From IMG/VR virus record IMGVR_UViG_3300005826_000294, positions 1 to 64,000 of that record: 64,000 nucleotides of DNA; one strand, given 5' to 3'. The position numbers and the translations under genes were made by a program. Shown here in pieces: positions 36,419 to 45,738 of the stretch (position 1 is the first letter of the stretch; each line of letters opens with the position of its first letter). The notes beneath the pieces were generated by a model. That model saw only the letters and a program-made list of their open reading frames with translations, ran no database searches and was not told where the DNA came from.

Positions 36419-37032
36419 TTTACCTTTGCTTGTTTCAATTTCTTTCTATTCTCAGCAGATCGTTTCCCATAGATTCTTGCGGAAAAAGACGACATTAAAG
36501 ACAATATGTCTTCCACTAATTCTGACTCATATGACTTCGGTAAAGTATCTTCTATTACTTCTACCTCAACACCAAAACTTTCAAAATATTTTTTCAACAG
36601 GTTGAAATTAAATCTAACAAGTCTGTCTTTGTGCTCAACTACAAGTCGTGATATTTTGCCATCTGCCGCCATGTCCATAAGTTTTAACAGTTTGCGGCGA
36701 TTGTCTGACATACCAGAACCAACTTCATCACAGATGTATTTAACTTTGTAATCTTTCTCGGCACAGTATTTGACTAATCTCGCTTGTTGCCTATCTAAAT
36801 CACCTTTTTGTTTTTGTTCGTGGCTAGACACTCTACAATAGATTGCTATGTCGTCTGTTTGCTCTTCGTCTTCAAATCCCTGCATCGCTTCTATTTCAGA
36901 AAGTAAATATCTGCGATGCCCGCCAATTGTTTTTTGAGGAGAGATCTTATCATCGGATTCCCATCTGCGAAGCGTTTTTGGATCTACACCCAATAGTTCT
37001 GCGGCCTCTTTTATGGCGATGAGTTTATTCAT
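36415..37032 (-). CDS. tnpA: IS607 serine recombinase transposase
   Basis: N-terminal MerR-like HTH; IYCRVSS; GSGM; EHKDRL. Confidence 0.95.
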   Translation of the reverse strand: MNKLIAIKEAAELLGVDPKTLRRWESDDKISPQKTIGGHRRYLLSEIEAMQGFEDEEQTDDIAIYCRVSSHEQKQKGDLDRQQARLVKYCAEKDYKVKYICDEVGSGMSDNRRKLLKLMDMAADGKISRLVVEHKDRLVRFNFNLLKKYFESFGVEVEVIEDTLPKSYESELVEDILSLMSSFSARIYGKRSAENRKKLKQAKVK

Positions 37033-37213
37033 ATACTTCGATCTCTAAATAATAATCTTCGGTACTTAATGGAGATTTTATTACATGACCAAAAGGTTTT
37101 TGATTATCATTAACAGGTTTGGTTGTGAACTGATGGTCTTTGATATAAATAAGTGAATTTATTGGATATAAATATCTAGCATCATAACTCTTCGTTTTAA
37201 CATAAATCATCAT
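37025..37213 (-). CDS. Hypothetical protein (stop overlaps the tnpA start)
   Basis: ORF track. Confidence 0.5.
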   Translation of the reverse strand: MMIYVKTKSYDARYLYPINSLIYIKDHQFTTKPVNDNQKPFGHVIKSPLSTEDYYLEIEVYE

Positions 37214-37830
37214 TAATCTCTTTCTTTATTTTTGATTAACTTTCCACCCAACTTTCTTTCCAAATCTTTAATTTTTTTGTTGAGTAAATATTCTTTTGAA
37301 CTTATACTATTATACAAATCATTAAATTCTTTTTTATCTTTTAAAAAAATGTCCCATTCTTTTTTAATCCATTTTAAAGCATTCATTAAAGCATTAATGC
37401 CAATAACAAACTCCTTACTTGTGGGTTCGTTTTTGATATAATTTAGATATGTCAAATTCCCTGTTTTGCGTCTTAATCCATCTCTCCAATGCCAATATTT
37501 AGACAACAATTCTTTGTTGTTTGTAACACCCGCTTCCTTGGCTACAATATTATCCAATTTTATAACTATGTCTTTTAAATCTTCAGCAATAGATTGTATA
37601 GACACATTATCTTCATAGATCTTTTTAATAAGAGCAGCAAGCCCAACAATTCCAGCCAATCCTACGGTAATGGCAGATTTTGGATAAGAATAAAAATAAT
37701 TAAGTCCAACTTTAGGGGCAACTTCAATATATTCTCTAGCACGAAGTAAAACCGCCCCAGCATAACTGGTTTCTACTGTTCCAGCACCTTTATACAATTG
37801 CCTTTTAGACAAGATAAATTTTTTTTTCAC
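37213..37830 (-). CDS. Hypothetical protein
   Basis: 205 aa; GTG start after AGGTGA. Confidence 0.65.
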   Translation of the reverse strand: MKKKFILSKRQLYKGAGTVETSYAGAVLLRAREYIEVAPKVGLNYFYSYPKSAITVGLAGIVGLAALIKKIYEDNVSIQSIAEDLKDIVIKLDNIVAKEAGVTNNKELLSKYWHWRDGLRRKTGNLTYLNYIKNEPTSKEFVIGINALMNALKWIKKEWDIFLKDKKEFNDLYNSISSKEYLLNKKIKDLERKLGGKLIKNKERD

Positions 37831-37872
37831 AATTGTTCACCTACAAAATAAAATTACTACCACAATGTATCT

Positions 37873-38091
37873 TTAATCCCTATTCTGCCCTAACTCGGAA
37901 TGTAAGTCGTGACCTCCATCCCGTTGGAGAGGTAACTCCCGACCCATTGATCCTAGAAGTTTATAACAATATTCATAGATTTTTTGAAACTCTTCTACAG
38001 TTGGCACCTCTTCCAACTCTACCATATGAGGATATATGGTGCCGTCGTCAAGTTCAAATTCTTCGGAATCTACTCTTACTACTTTTCTCAT
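37873..38091 (-). CDS. Hypothetical protein
   Basis: GAGGTG RBS; CTGCTAATAT motif upstream. Confidence 0.6.
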   Translation of the reverse strand: MRKVVRVDSEEFELDDGTIYPHMVELEEVPTVEEFQKIYEYCYKLLGSMGRELPLQRDGGHDLHSELGQNRD

Positions 38092-38162
38092 TTCTACACC
38101 TCTATGTTAAAATATTAGCAGATTTTTGTCCAAGTTTCTTCAAAAATGTCCAAGTTTATTGA

Positions 38163-38366
38163 CTACTGTTGGTAACCCTTTTCCCTTAACTCATCCAACA
38201 TTCTAATTGCACTTCTAATATTACGACCAAGTTCATCTGGACGAGCTTTCATATTATCTAATTCATCCAATACTGAAATGGGAATAATGACTTCATTGTC
38301 GTCAAAAATCTTAAGAGCGGAAGGGTCATACATTAGCACATTAGTATCAAGAATAAATTTTTTCAA
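38163..38366 (-). pseudogene. phoH: 5-prime remnant of a PIN-PhoH gene (truncated PIN domain)
   Basis: FILDTNVL...V.DELD...GRN.R.A.R.LD.LR; AGGAGG RBS with TTG start; ends abruptly at the IS end. Confidence 0.8.
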
Positions 38367-38421
38367 GTATGCTAACCTCCTATGGCAGGACTTCATTATA
38401 ATATTGAATTATTGATATAAA

Positions 38422-38883
38422 CTACCTACTCCTTCTTGCTCTCCTATTAGATATACGCTGTTTGATTTCATTCACTTCCCTATATTCATTAACACTTATA
38501 TCTGTTGGTAAAAACACAACTTTTTTTGTAATTCCTCTTAATTGTTCTTTCGCCATTTTTTGTAATGCTCCAAGATTTGATAAATCGTCTGCTCCTGTTA
38601 CTCTCACAACTATATGTTTTTCCCCAACTTCTTTTAAAGTTCCTACAATTTCAAAACTAAAATTATATACGGATGTTAAAAAACTAATATTTTCCCACAT
38701 TTCCAAAGCATCATCATCTCTTAAACATTCCATTGTTTCTTCAATCTCATGTTCATCTGCTGGATTTTCATCACTACCAATCCTAACAGCAATTAATTTA
38801 TTTTCCCAATCTTTAGTTATAATTTCTGTAAAAGTTATTGGAATGTAATTTCCATCTTTAGTTTTTTTATAAAATGTCGTCAT
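38422..38883 (-). CDS. Hypothetical protein
   Basis: AGGAG RBS. Confidence 0.7.
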   Translation of the reverse strand: MTTFYKKTKDGNYIPITFTEIITKDWENKLIAVRIGSDENPADEHEIEETMECLRDDDALEMWENISFLTSVYNFSFEIVGTLKEVGEKHIVVRVTGADDLSNLGALQKMAKEQLRGITKKVVFLPTDISVNEYREVNEIKQRISNRRARRSR

Positions 38884-38892
38884 TATTTCTCC

Positions 38893-39405
38893 TTAAAATC
38901 TAATACAACCTTTAAAAAACTCTAAAGGTATTTCTCTATATCCAGTTATTGCTTCTGAAAATTCATCAGTTTTTTCAAGTTCTTCTCTATGAATATTTCT
39001 GTATTCTAAATATTCAGTTTCAATTAAATCATTTACATATTCATCAAACCATTTTATCATATCTTCTTTTAATATATTTAATTTTCCTTGTCGCCCTATA
39101 CTACAATCACTTACATCACAATCAAACCAAAAGAAATAATAATGTTTTCCTGTCTCTCCTAAAATAAGAACATCATCATCAAGATCACTAAGTTTAGTAT
39201 GAAACTTAAATTCCATATTATTCCATTTTTCTTCAAACTTGGGACCTTGGGTTCTATATCTTTCTAATAAATATGCTTTGATAGGCTTAATATGATTAAT
39301 ATAACCTTCAAGAAATGATGATCCAATATAACTATATAAAACTCCGCTTCTAAAATTTGATACTAAATCTTCAGTATTGTATTCAACAATTTCAGGAAAT
39401 ATCAT
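38893..39405 (-). CDS. Hypothetical protein
   Basis: ORF track. Confidence 0.7.
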   Translation of the reverse strand: MIFPEIVEYNTEDLVSNFRSGVLYSYIGSSFLEGYINHIKPIKAYLLERYRTQGPKFEEKWNNMEFKFHTKLSDLDDDVLILGETGKHYYFFWFDCDVSDCSIGRQGKLNILKEDMIKWFDEYVNDLIETEYLEYRNIHREELEKTDEFSEAITGYREIPLEFFKGCIRF

Positions 39406-39735
39406 TTATTTCTCCAATTTTTGTAAATGTTTTGCCCAAGAGTCAATATGGATTTCATAATACCAATTAGGCTTATCTTTTATTAATATAAGTCTAGGAA
39501 CTTTCCATTGAGCTACAATCTCATCATTCTTATAAACATCTAAAGCTCCATCATAATTGTTCCAAACTTCTATGTTTGAAGATGAAAGATGCTCTTTCAT
39601 ATCTTCCATGTCCAATTCAAATAATTGTTCAGAAATTCCCAAAGCTAAAAGAACTTCAACTAACCAATCATGCTTTTCTTCCTCTATAACTTTCTGTTCA
39701 TCTCCCCTATCTGCTAAAACCAACATTATCCACAC
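39406..39735 (-). CDS. Hypothetical protein
   Basis: ORF track. Confidence 0.65.
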   Translation of the reverse strand: MWIMLVLADRGDEQKVIEEEKHDWLVEVLLALGISEQLFELDMEDMKEHLSSSNIEVWNNYDGALDVYKNDEIVAQWKVPRLILIKDKPNWYYEIHIDSWAKHLQKLEK

Positions 39736-42700
39736 CTACTCTCACCACAATCTAAACAACTCATACATCCTTCTTCCATTCTTATATTTGAACTTCCACA
39801 CTTTTCACATAATACTTTCCTCATATCTAAACTTTCAGATAAAATATTACAAAGTCGTGCGGATAAACTTCCAGCATAAGAATTAGAATCTAATATGTCA
39901 ACCGCTTTATCTAAATTATTGGTTTTCATAGATAATGATAAAAATCTTGTTAATCTTGTTAAAGAATTATTGCTTCTATCAATATATTTTTGTATTCTAT
40001 CTTCCGCAACTCCCTGATTTGAAAGCATTTTTATTAGAGCATTACTAGTTTTAATAAATGAATCACTTTCTTTCTTTTTATAATTAAGAACAAAAACTTG
40101 ATAAGGATGCTTTATATTTTTATCCTTATAAGAAATCATTATGTAAAACTTATCTCCTCCTTCGGCTCTAACACATCTTGTAATAGTATCCATATTTGGA
40201 GTTTTTTTCTTCGCAAATTTCTCTGTAACCAAAACTCCTTCTCTTGATCCTTCTCTATAAACAGTAATTCCTTTTAATCCTTCTCGCCAAGCATCCATAT
40301 AAATTTGACTAACAACTTCTGGAGAAACATCTGCTGGTAAATTTATTGTACTAGAAATACTAGCATCAATGTGTTTTTGAAGAACCCCTTGAAGTTTAAC
40401 ACGATGTTGATAATCTATATCATGAGCGGTCACCCAATATTCTGGTAAATCTTGTTTCCCAACAATGTTAAAAAACCTAGAAATTCCCTGATGATATACT
40501 GAAAATTCCTTTTTCTCTTCTTTGCCCAACATTACATTTCTAGTATATGAAAAAGCAAAAATTGGTTCTGCACCTCCAGAACATTGAGCTATAATTGAAA
40601 GTGATCCGTTTGGAGCAATTGTTGAAATTGCGACATTTCTTAAACCATTTTCTTTAGCCTTTTGTTTTAATTCCTCTGGTAATGTAGCACAAAAACCACG
40701 AGAAAAATGAATATTTGGATCATATAAAGGAAATGGTCCACGAAGTTTTGCTAATTCAATAGAAGCATCATATTCATGTAATTTTTTAAACTCCATTAAT
40801 TTATCCGCAAACTGAATTGCTTCATCAGAATCATATTTTATTTTGAGAGAAACAAACATATCCGCAAGACCAGTAAGGCCTAACCCTATTCTACGACCAG
40901 ACACCGATGCTTCTTCCTGCTCAGCAAGAGCATGCTTTCCTATGTTTAATTGTACTACATTATCCAAATGTCTAACACCACGAGAAATCATCTCACCAAA
41001 TAATTCAAAATCAAATTCTGCTTGATCAGTAAAAGGATTTTTAACAAATTTATGTAATAATAGAGAAGATAATACGCAAGTTCCACCATTTTCTAATATT
41101 TGCTCACCACAATTTAAATTATTGAAATAAAACCATTTTCTTTTTCCAAAAGGAGTTGTACTTTCAAAAGCTCCTGTAAAAAAATTATGGAATTCATCTA
41201 CAGTACCATTGTAAACATTTTCATATCCACAAAACTCTACACTAACTACTCTATGATTATAATCTAAAGCAGATTCTTTTAATTGTTTGAAATTGAATTT
41301 TAATGTTTGGATAACATTGTTTTCGTTACAATATTGTTCCCATTCTTTTTTTCTAGGTTCTCTACTTAATTTAAATTTTAAATCTGTATATGCTTTAAGT
41401 TGATTTTCTTTATCTGTATATTCTTTAGATTTATATCCAGAATTTATATTACCCATATAAACAGAACGGCATTTTCTAGAACAAATTCCTGATTCTCTTC
41501 TACTATGATGAATTTCATATTCTTTACCACAAATTTCACAATTTTTAATAATAAAAATTTTCTTGTCCCTAATAATACAATTATATCCTTGTTCTAATAA
41601 TTCTAGATAGTATTTTTTATTTATAGGATCAAGATCAATATTATTTAAACCACATTTGTTAAATGCCCATTTTGATAATCCTAAAATCCCTCCAAGATGG
41701 TCATTACGCCATTTTGGAAATTGCTCCGTAATTTTATTATTTCTAGCATATTTAATCCAATCTTCATTAGAAAACATACATCCCAATTCTTTTGTAAGTA
41801 AAACTGCATGTTGCTTTAATTCTTCATTAGAAACATTACTAATGAATTTTGAATCATTTTCAAATCTAGTTATAATTCTTAGACTATCTCCTTTTTTTAA
41901 TTCATCAGTTCTTCTATAAGAACCATTTTTTAGTCTAAATTTATGATTATTAGTCACTTTAAGATGATTGCCATCATCAAATGTAATTTTATAAACTGGT
42001 TGATTATATCCAGTAATTCTAGGATTACGCATATTCCTTATAGATATTTTTTCATCATTGTCAAAACAAAATACAGGAACATCTTTACCTTCTTCAGCTA
42101 ATTGTTTAATCGAAACATTATTTCTTCCATCAGCAACATAAACCAAAGTATCACCAACAACACATGGATTTGTAGAATGAACTTTTAGTCTCTCATACGA
42201 ATCCGATGGAGACATTTCAACCATTTTTGTCCAAAATAAAAGACCAGGCTCTGCTGAATCACGAGCAGATAAGATAATTTTTTTCCATAAATCACGAGCC
42301 TTAATAGTTCTTTTTATTGTCTCGTGGTAAGTTTCAAAAGACAAAGTAAAATCATCATCATTTTCAACAGCCATCATAAAATCATCTGTTAATTTAATAC
42401 TTATATTAGCATATTTTACTTTATCTATATTATTATGCTTCATTTCAACAAACTTTTCAATATCTGGATGATTAACAGGAATTGTAATCATAAGAGCACC
42501 ACGACGCCCATGTTGTCCAACAAGCCCGGTAGTTAATGAATAAAGATCCATAAAACTTACAGCTCCTGTAGAAAATTTAGCACTATTAGACACCTTTGAA
42601 TCTTCTGGCCTAAGTTCTCCAATACATAGACCAATACCGCCACCGTATGAATATGTATGTGCTAATTTCTTTGCTGCATTGAAAATACCTTCTAAACTAT

Positions 42701-43103
42701 CATCTTCAATCTTTGTAACATAACAATTAGTGTAAGTTGCCTTATTAATATACTTATTTCCCAAAGCAAACATTTGCCTGCCTGCTGGTAAAAAATATTC
42801 ATATAATTCACGAAAATAACCTACTTTTTTTTTACCATTTGGAAACTCATTTTCTGCGGAAACTATACATTCTGCCCATCTGTCTTTTGCTTCTTCCAAA
42901 GTAAATTCAATTATCTTATTATCACCATCTCGAAGAGCATATTTTTTATAGAAAACAGATGTAGCAATTTCATCACCGCCAAAAGACTTTAAGGTTTTCA
43001 ATACATTTTCTCTATTTAGACCGCAATTATTTAATTCTGTATCAGATAAAATCCTATCTATTGTGGAACCAATATCATCATTTAAATAAATTAAGTTATT
43101 CAT
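39726..43103 (-). CDS. nrdJ: Ribonucleotide reductase large subunit (class II NrdJ-like) containing an intein
   Basis: PAGRQM, NCY, GGGIG, RRGA, NP/CGEQ split by the intein, TIAPNG, C-terminal zinc ribbon; no nrdB in the window. Confidence 0.85.
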   Translation of the reverse strand: MNNLIYLNDDIGSTIDRILSDTELNNCGLNRENVLKTLKSFGGDEIATSVFYKKYALRDGDNKIIEFTLEEAKDRWAECIVSAENEFPNGKKKVGYFRELYEYFLPAGRQMFALGNKYINKATYTNCYVTKIEDDSLEGIFNAAKKLAHTYSYGGGIGLCIGELRPEDSKVSNSAKFSTGAVSFMDLYSLTTGLVGQHGRRGALMITIPVNHPDIEKFVEMKHNNIDKVKYANISIKLTDDFMMAVENDDDFTLSFETYHETIKRTIKARDLWKKIILSARDSAEPGLLFWTKMVEMSPSDSYERLKVHSTNPCVVGDTLVYVADGRNNVSIKQLAEEGKDVPVFCFDNDEKISIRNMRNPRITGYNQPVYKITFDDGNHLKVTNNHKFRLKNGSYRRTDELKKGDSLRIITRFENDSKFISNVSNEELKQHAVLLTKELGCMFSNEDWIKYARNNKITEQFPKWRNDHLGGILGLSKWAFNKCGLNNIDLDPINKKYYLELLEQGYNCIIRDKKIFIIKNCEICGKEYEIHHSRRESGICSRKCRSVYMGNINSGYKSKEYTDKENQLKAYTDLKFKLSREPRKKEWEQYCNENNVIQTLKFNFKQLKESALDYNHRVVSVEFCGYENVYNGTVDEFHNFFTGAFESTTPFGKRKWFYFNNLNCGEQILENGGTCVLSSLLLHKFVKNPFTDQAEFDFELFGEMISRGVRHLDNVVQLNIGKHALAEQEEASVSGRRIGLGLTGLADMFVSLKIKYDSDEAIQFADKLMEFKKLHEYDASIELAKLRGPFPLYDPNIHFSRGFCATLPEELKQKAKENGLRNVAISTIAPNGSLSIIAQCSGGAEPIFAFSYTRNVMLGKEEKKEFSVYHQGISRFFNIVGKQDLPEYWVTAHDIDYQHRVKLQGVLQKHIDASISSTINLPADVSPEVVSQIYMDAWREGLKGITVYREGSREGVLVTEKFAKKKTPNMDTITRCVRAEGGDKFYIMISYKDKNIKHPYQVFVLNYKKKESDSFIKTSNALIKMLSNQGVAEDRIQKYIDRSNNSLTRLTRFLSLSMKTNNLDKAVDILDSNSYAGSLSARLCNILSESLDMRKVLCEKCGSSNIRMEEGCMSCLDCGESRCG
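41112..42164 (-). mobile_element. 351-aa intein in the RNR active-site loop
   Basis: Starts CVVGDTLV, TNNHKF block B, VYNGTV block F, ends NNLN before Cys+1. Confidence 0.88.
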
Positions 43104-43738
43104 TATTTTACCTCAAAAAATTTTCTCAATTCTATATTTTTACGTAATTTTAAAACGGCACCAGAACTTATTTGTTCTATTCGTTGTTTTGTTAAAGAAA
43201 ATACATCACCGATCTGTTGATAAGTTTGACCTTCATTATGCCCATCTAATCCAAATCTCATCTTAATTACTTTCTTGTCCATATCAGGAAGTTCGTTTAT
43301 AGCTAAAAGCAACATCTTTTTTGCTTCTTTTTGTTCAAGAGTAGTTGCTGGTGTTGATTCATCAATATAATCTATAACATAATCAACAAGAACTTCCTTT
43401 TTTCTTCTCTTATGTTTTTTTAAATATATTCTAATTTTATTTTTGATATGCCAAATACAATAATGAAAAAAGTTCGGACATCTCGATGGGTCAAACTTAT
43501 CCATAGCCATCATAATTCCGAGACACGCTTCCTGCATTAAATCTTCATATATATTAGTATTCTTATAAAATGCTATTCTTTTTCCAATCATAAAACTCAT
43601 ACGAGATATTATACGACCTTGAATAAAAGATTTTTTATTTTTTGGAGCCTCTTTCCAAGCTTGTATAAGACCTAATATTTCATCATTATAGACATAGTAG
43701 GTCTTATCCCACTCTGTCTTTACCTCATTGTTTTCCAT
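43103..43738 (-). CDS. Sigma70-family RNA polymerase sigma factor
   Basis: EDLMQEACLGIMMAMDKFDP (region 2); RFGL...TYQQIG..FSLTKQRIEQI (region 4). Confidence 0.9.
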   Translation of the reverse strand: MENNEVKTEWDKTYYVYNDEILGLIQAWKEAPKNKKSFIQGRIISRMSFMIGKRIAFYKNTNIYEDLMQEACLGIMMAMDKFDPSRCPNFFHYCIWHIKNKIRIYLKKHKRRKKEVLVDYVIDYIDESTPATTLEQKEAKKMLLLAINELPDMDKKVIKMRFGLDGHNEGQTYQQIGDVFSLTKQRIEQISSGAVLKLRKNIELRKFFEVK

Positions 43739-44289
43739 TATTTACCTACTGTGGGTGGAGTCCACCCATTATTAAGGTCTTCTTTAAAAACAGGACGAAG
43801 ATCATTAAGAGCATTGAATACAAATTTAGAATTTTTAAGTGCTGATTTCATAGCATCATATGTTCCACCACGTTTTTTTCCTACCCAAAATGCTATTACA
43901 AAACTAGCTTCCTCTATCATTTTACTATTTCTTTCAAAATATTTAGAAACATCGTATTCAATATTAGGATCAGGTTCCATAATATTTATTCCAATTGCTT
44001 TCTGTAATTGTCTATCTAACTCTTTTCTTTGTTCGTACGTCCAATAGGACGCTTGAACTTTTGGATGAAATGGTAAATATAATCTAAATTTTACATTATT
44101 TTCTATACAGGCAGAACCTACCCATAAATCAGCACCTAAGGCTCCACCCAAATTAAAACATAAATTTTCACCATATTCTTTTTTAAGCTTCCATACAACA
44201 TCATCAGCTATTCTTTGTATTGTTGATGGGTTATAATGAGATATTAAAAAAGAATCGGGGCGATGCCCCGTTATAGCAATATGAATCAT
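43738..44289 (-). CDS. SLOG-superfamily (YspA/DUF1273-like) protein
   Basis: ITGHRP, GGALGAD, RN..M, GGT. Confidence 0.75.
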   Translation of the reverse strand: MIHIAITGHRPDSFLISHYNPSTIQRIADDVVWKLKKEYGENLCFNLGGALGADLWVGSACIENNVKFRLYLPFHPKVQASYWTYEQRKELDRQLQKAIGINIMEPDPNIEYDVSKYFERNSKMIEEASFVIAFWVGKKRGGTYDAMKSALKNSKFVFNALNDLRPVFKEDLNNGWTPPTVGK

Positions 44290-44298
44290 ATTTTCTCC

Positions 44299-45738
44299 TT
44301 ATGGTAAAATAATTCGACCACGATAGGGTTGATCTTCTTCAACTTCTTCAAAACTTAATCCTTCATCTAAATTCTTCTCATAATATCCACCCTCATCAAA
44401 ACAAAGAATAATTTCCTCATCTTCCTCATTTTTAGTATAAAGTTCAATACGAGCTGCCCATAAATCCCAAATATATTCAAGTGTTTTGGAAGCAAATTTA
44501 TGATCAAGAGTCCCAGATTCAGAACTATTATGTTTCAAAATAAGAGTACCATCAGGACCAATTTCAGTAATCACAATCTTAGGAACTCCTCCATTATATA
44601 AAGAAGAAATTAGAGTTTCTACAACACAATCTCTAATTCTCTCTTTAACTTCAATAAACTTATCTCCCTTATGATCCTTTGGATAATCATCAACATATCC
44701 AAAAGTAAATAATTTCATTTCTTCAACCAAATCAGCAGTTAAATAATTTCTAATAAAAGATATATCATTTTCGTTTTTAATTACATCAAATACTTTTTTT
44801 CTCCCTTCACCTTTCCCATATTTTTCATCCCATCTTTTTTCGATGTCTTTAAAAATCTTAAACCCAAGATAATATGGGTTTATTCTAAAGGGATTCCCGC
44901 CAGGTTGAACAACTTTTTCATGAGTTCTTAGAAAATCTACATATTCTGAAGAACTTAAATTATAATTATACATAACTTCCGCATGCCAATAACTAGCTGC
45001 CCCCTCATGAACTATCTTTGTTTGCATCTGTGGATAAAAATAAAACTGCTCTTCTCTTATAATATCAAGAACATCCTTCTCCCATTCTTCCAATGGAGCA
45101 TAATTTATAAAAAACCATAATAAATCTTTTTCTGGATGTGGAGGAATTTTATTACAAGAAACATTAGGTTTTGGTTTCTTTTTTATTAACAAATCATCAA
45201 ACTCATTTGGTTTTCTTCTATTACATTTTACAGGTTTAACTCCATATGGTTTTCTATAAAGTCCCTTATGCCAATCAATATGATGACTCAAAGCCATACC
45301 AATATCCATTAAATGCTCAACTTTTTCAAACCCATATTTTTCAATATAATCTTCAATTCTTCCTGCATGCTCGGCAGCATGTTTAATCATATTTCTATTA
45401 GTATTTTCAAACATATAATTGTTTTTAAACACAGCACTATGCCCTTGACAATGCGCTACTATAAACAAATTTTGAACTTCTGTGTTCGTATCTAAAAGAA
45501 AAGCATAAGAAGGATTGTTGTTTAATATTACTTCATAAATTTTGGAATATCCCATCTCGCCTGTTGCTTTTTGAAAATCATATGAACGACCATAACTCCA
45601 ATGCCTAGCTCTAGTAGGAAGACCATAAGCACATATATTAAACATCGTAGATCGTTCAATTATCTCATGAACAACAGGAAAAGCATCAATCCCAAGTTCT
45701 AATCCAACTTCTATTACTTCTTCAAATCGTTTATTCAT
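44299..45738 (-). CDS. spoVR: SpoVR/YcgB-family protein
   Basis: HWSYG, YEV..N.NP, AHCQGH, QTKIVHEG.ASYWH, NPYYLG. Confidence 0.92.
   Translation of the reverse strand: MNKRFEEVIEVGLELGIDAFPVVHEIIERSTMFNICAYGLPTRARHWSYGRSYDFQKATGEMGYSKIYEVILNNNPSYAFLLDTNTEVQNLFIVAHCQGHSAVFKNNYMFENTNRNMIKHAAEHAGRIEDYIEKYGFEKVEHLMDIGMALSHHIDWHKGLYRKPYGVKPVKCNRRKPNEFDDLLIKKKPKPNVSCNKIPPHPEKDLLWFFINYAPLEEWEKDVLDIIREEQFYFYPQMQTKIVHEGAASYWHAEVMYNYNLSSSEYVDFLRTHEKVVQPGGNPFRINPYYLGFKIFKDIEKRWDEKYGKGEGRKKVFDVIKNENDISFIRNYLTADLVEEMKLFTFGYVDDYPKDHKGDKFIEVKERIRDCVVETLISSLYNGGVPKIVITEIGPDGTLILKHNSSESGTLDHKFASKTLEYIWDLWAARIELYTKNEEDEEIILCFDEGGYYEKNLDEGLSFEEVEEDQPYRGRIILP

Larger units (their letters stand above)
35309..38175 (-). 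mobile_element. IS607-family element apparently carrying three passenger ORFs
   Basis: tnpA+tnpB; 16-bp inverted end motif AAACTTGGACATTTTT at 35317-35332 and 38142-38157, plus a second copy at 38123-38137; GG dinucleotides at both junctions. Confidence 0.65.

Noticed and set aside
34509-38366. Natural split intein (trans-spliced PhoH)
   Set aside because: The 5-prime fragment has no intein N-terminus and the P-loop region is absent from the window.
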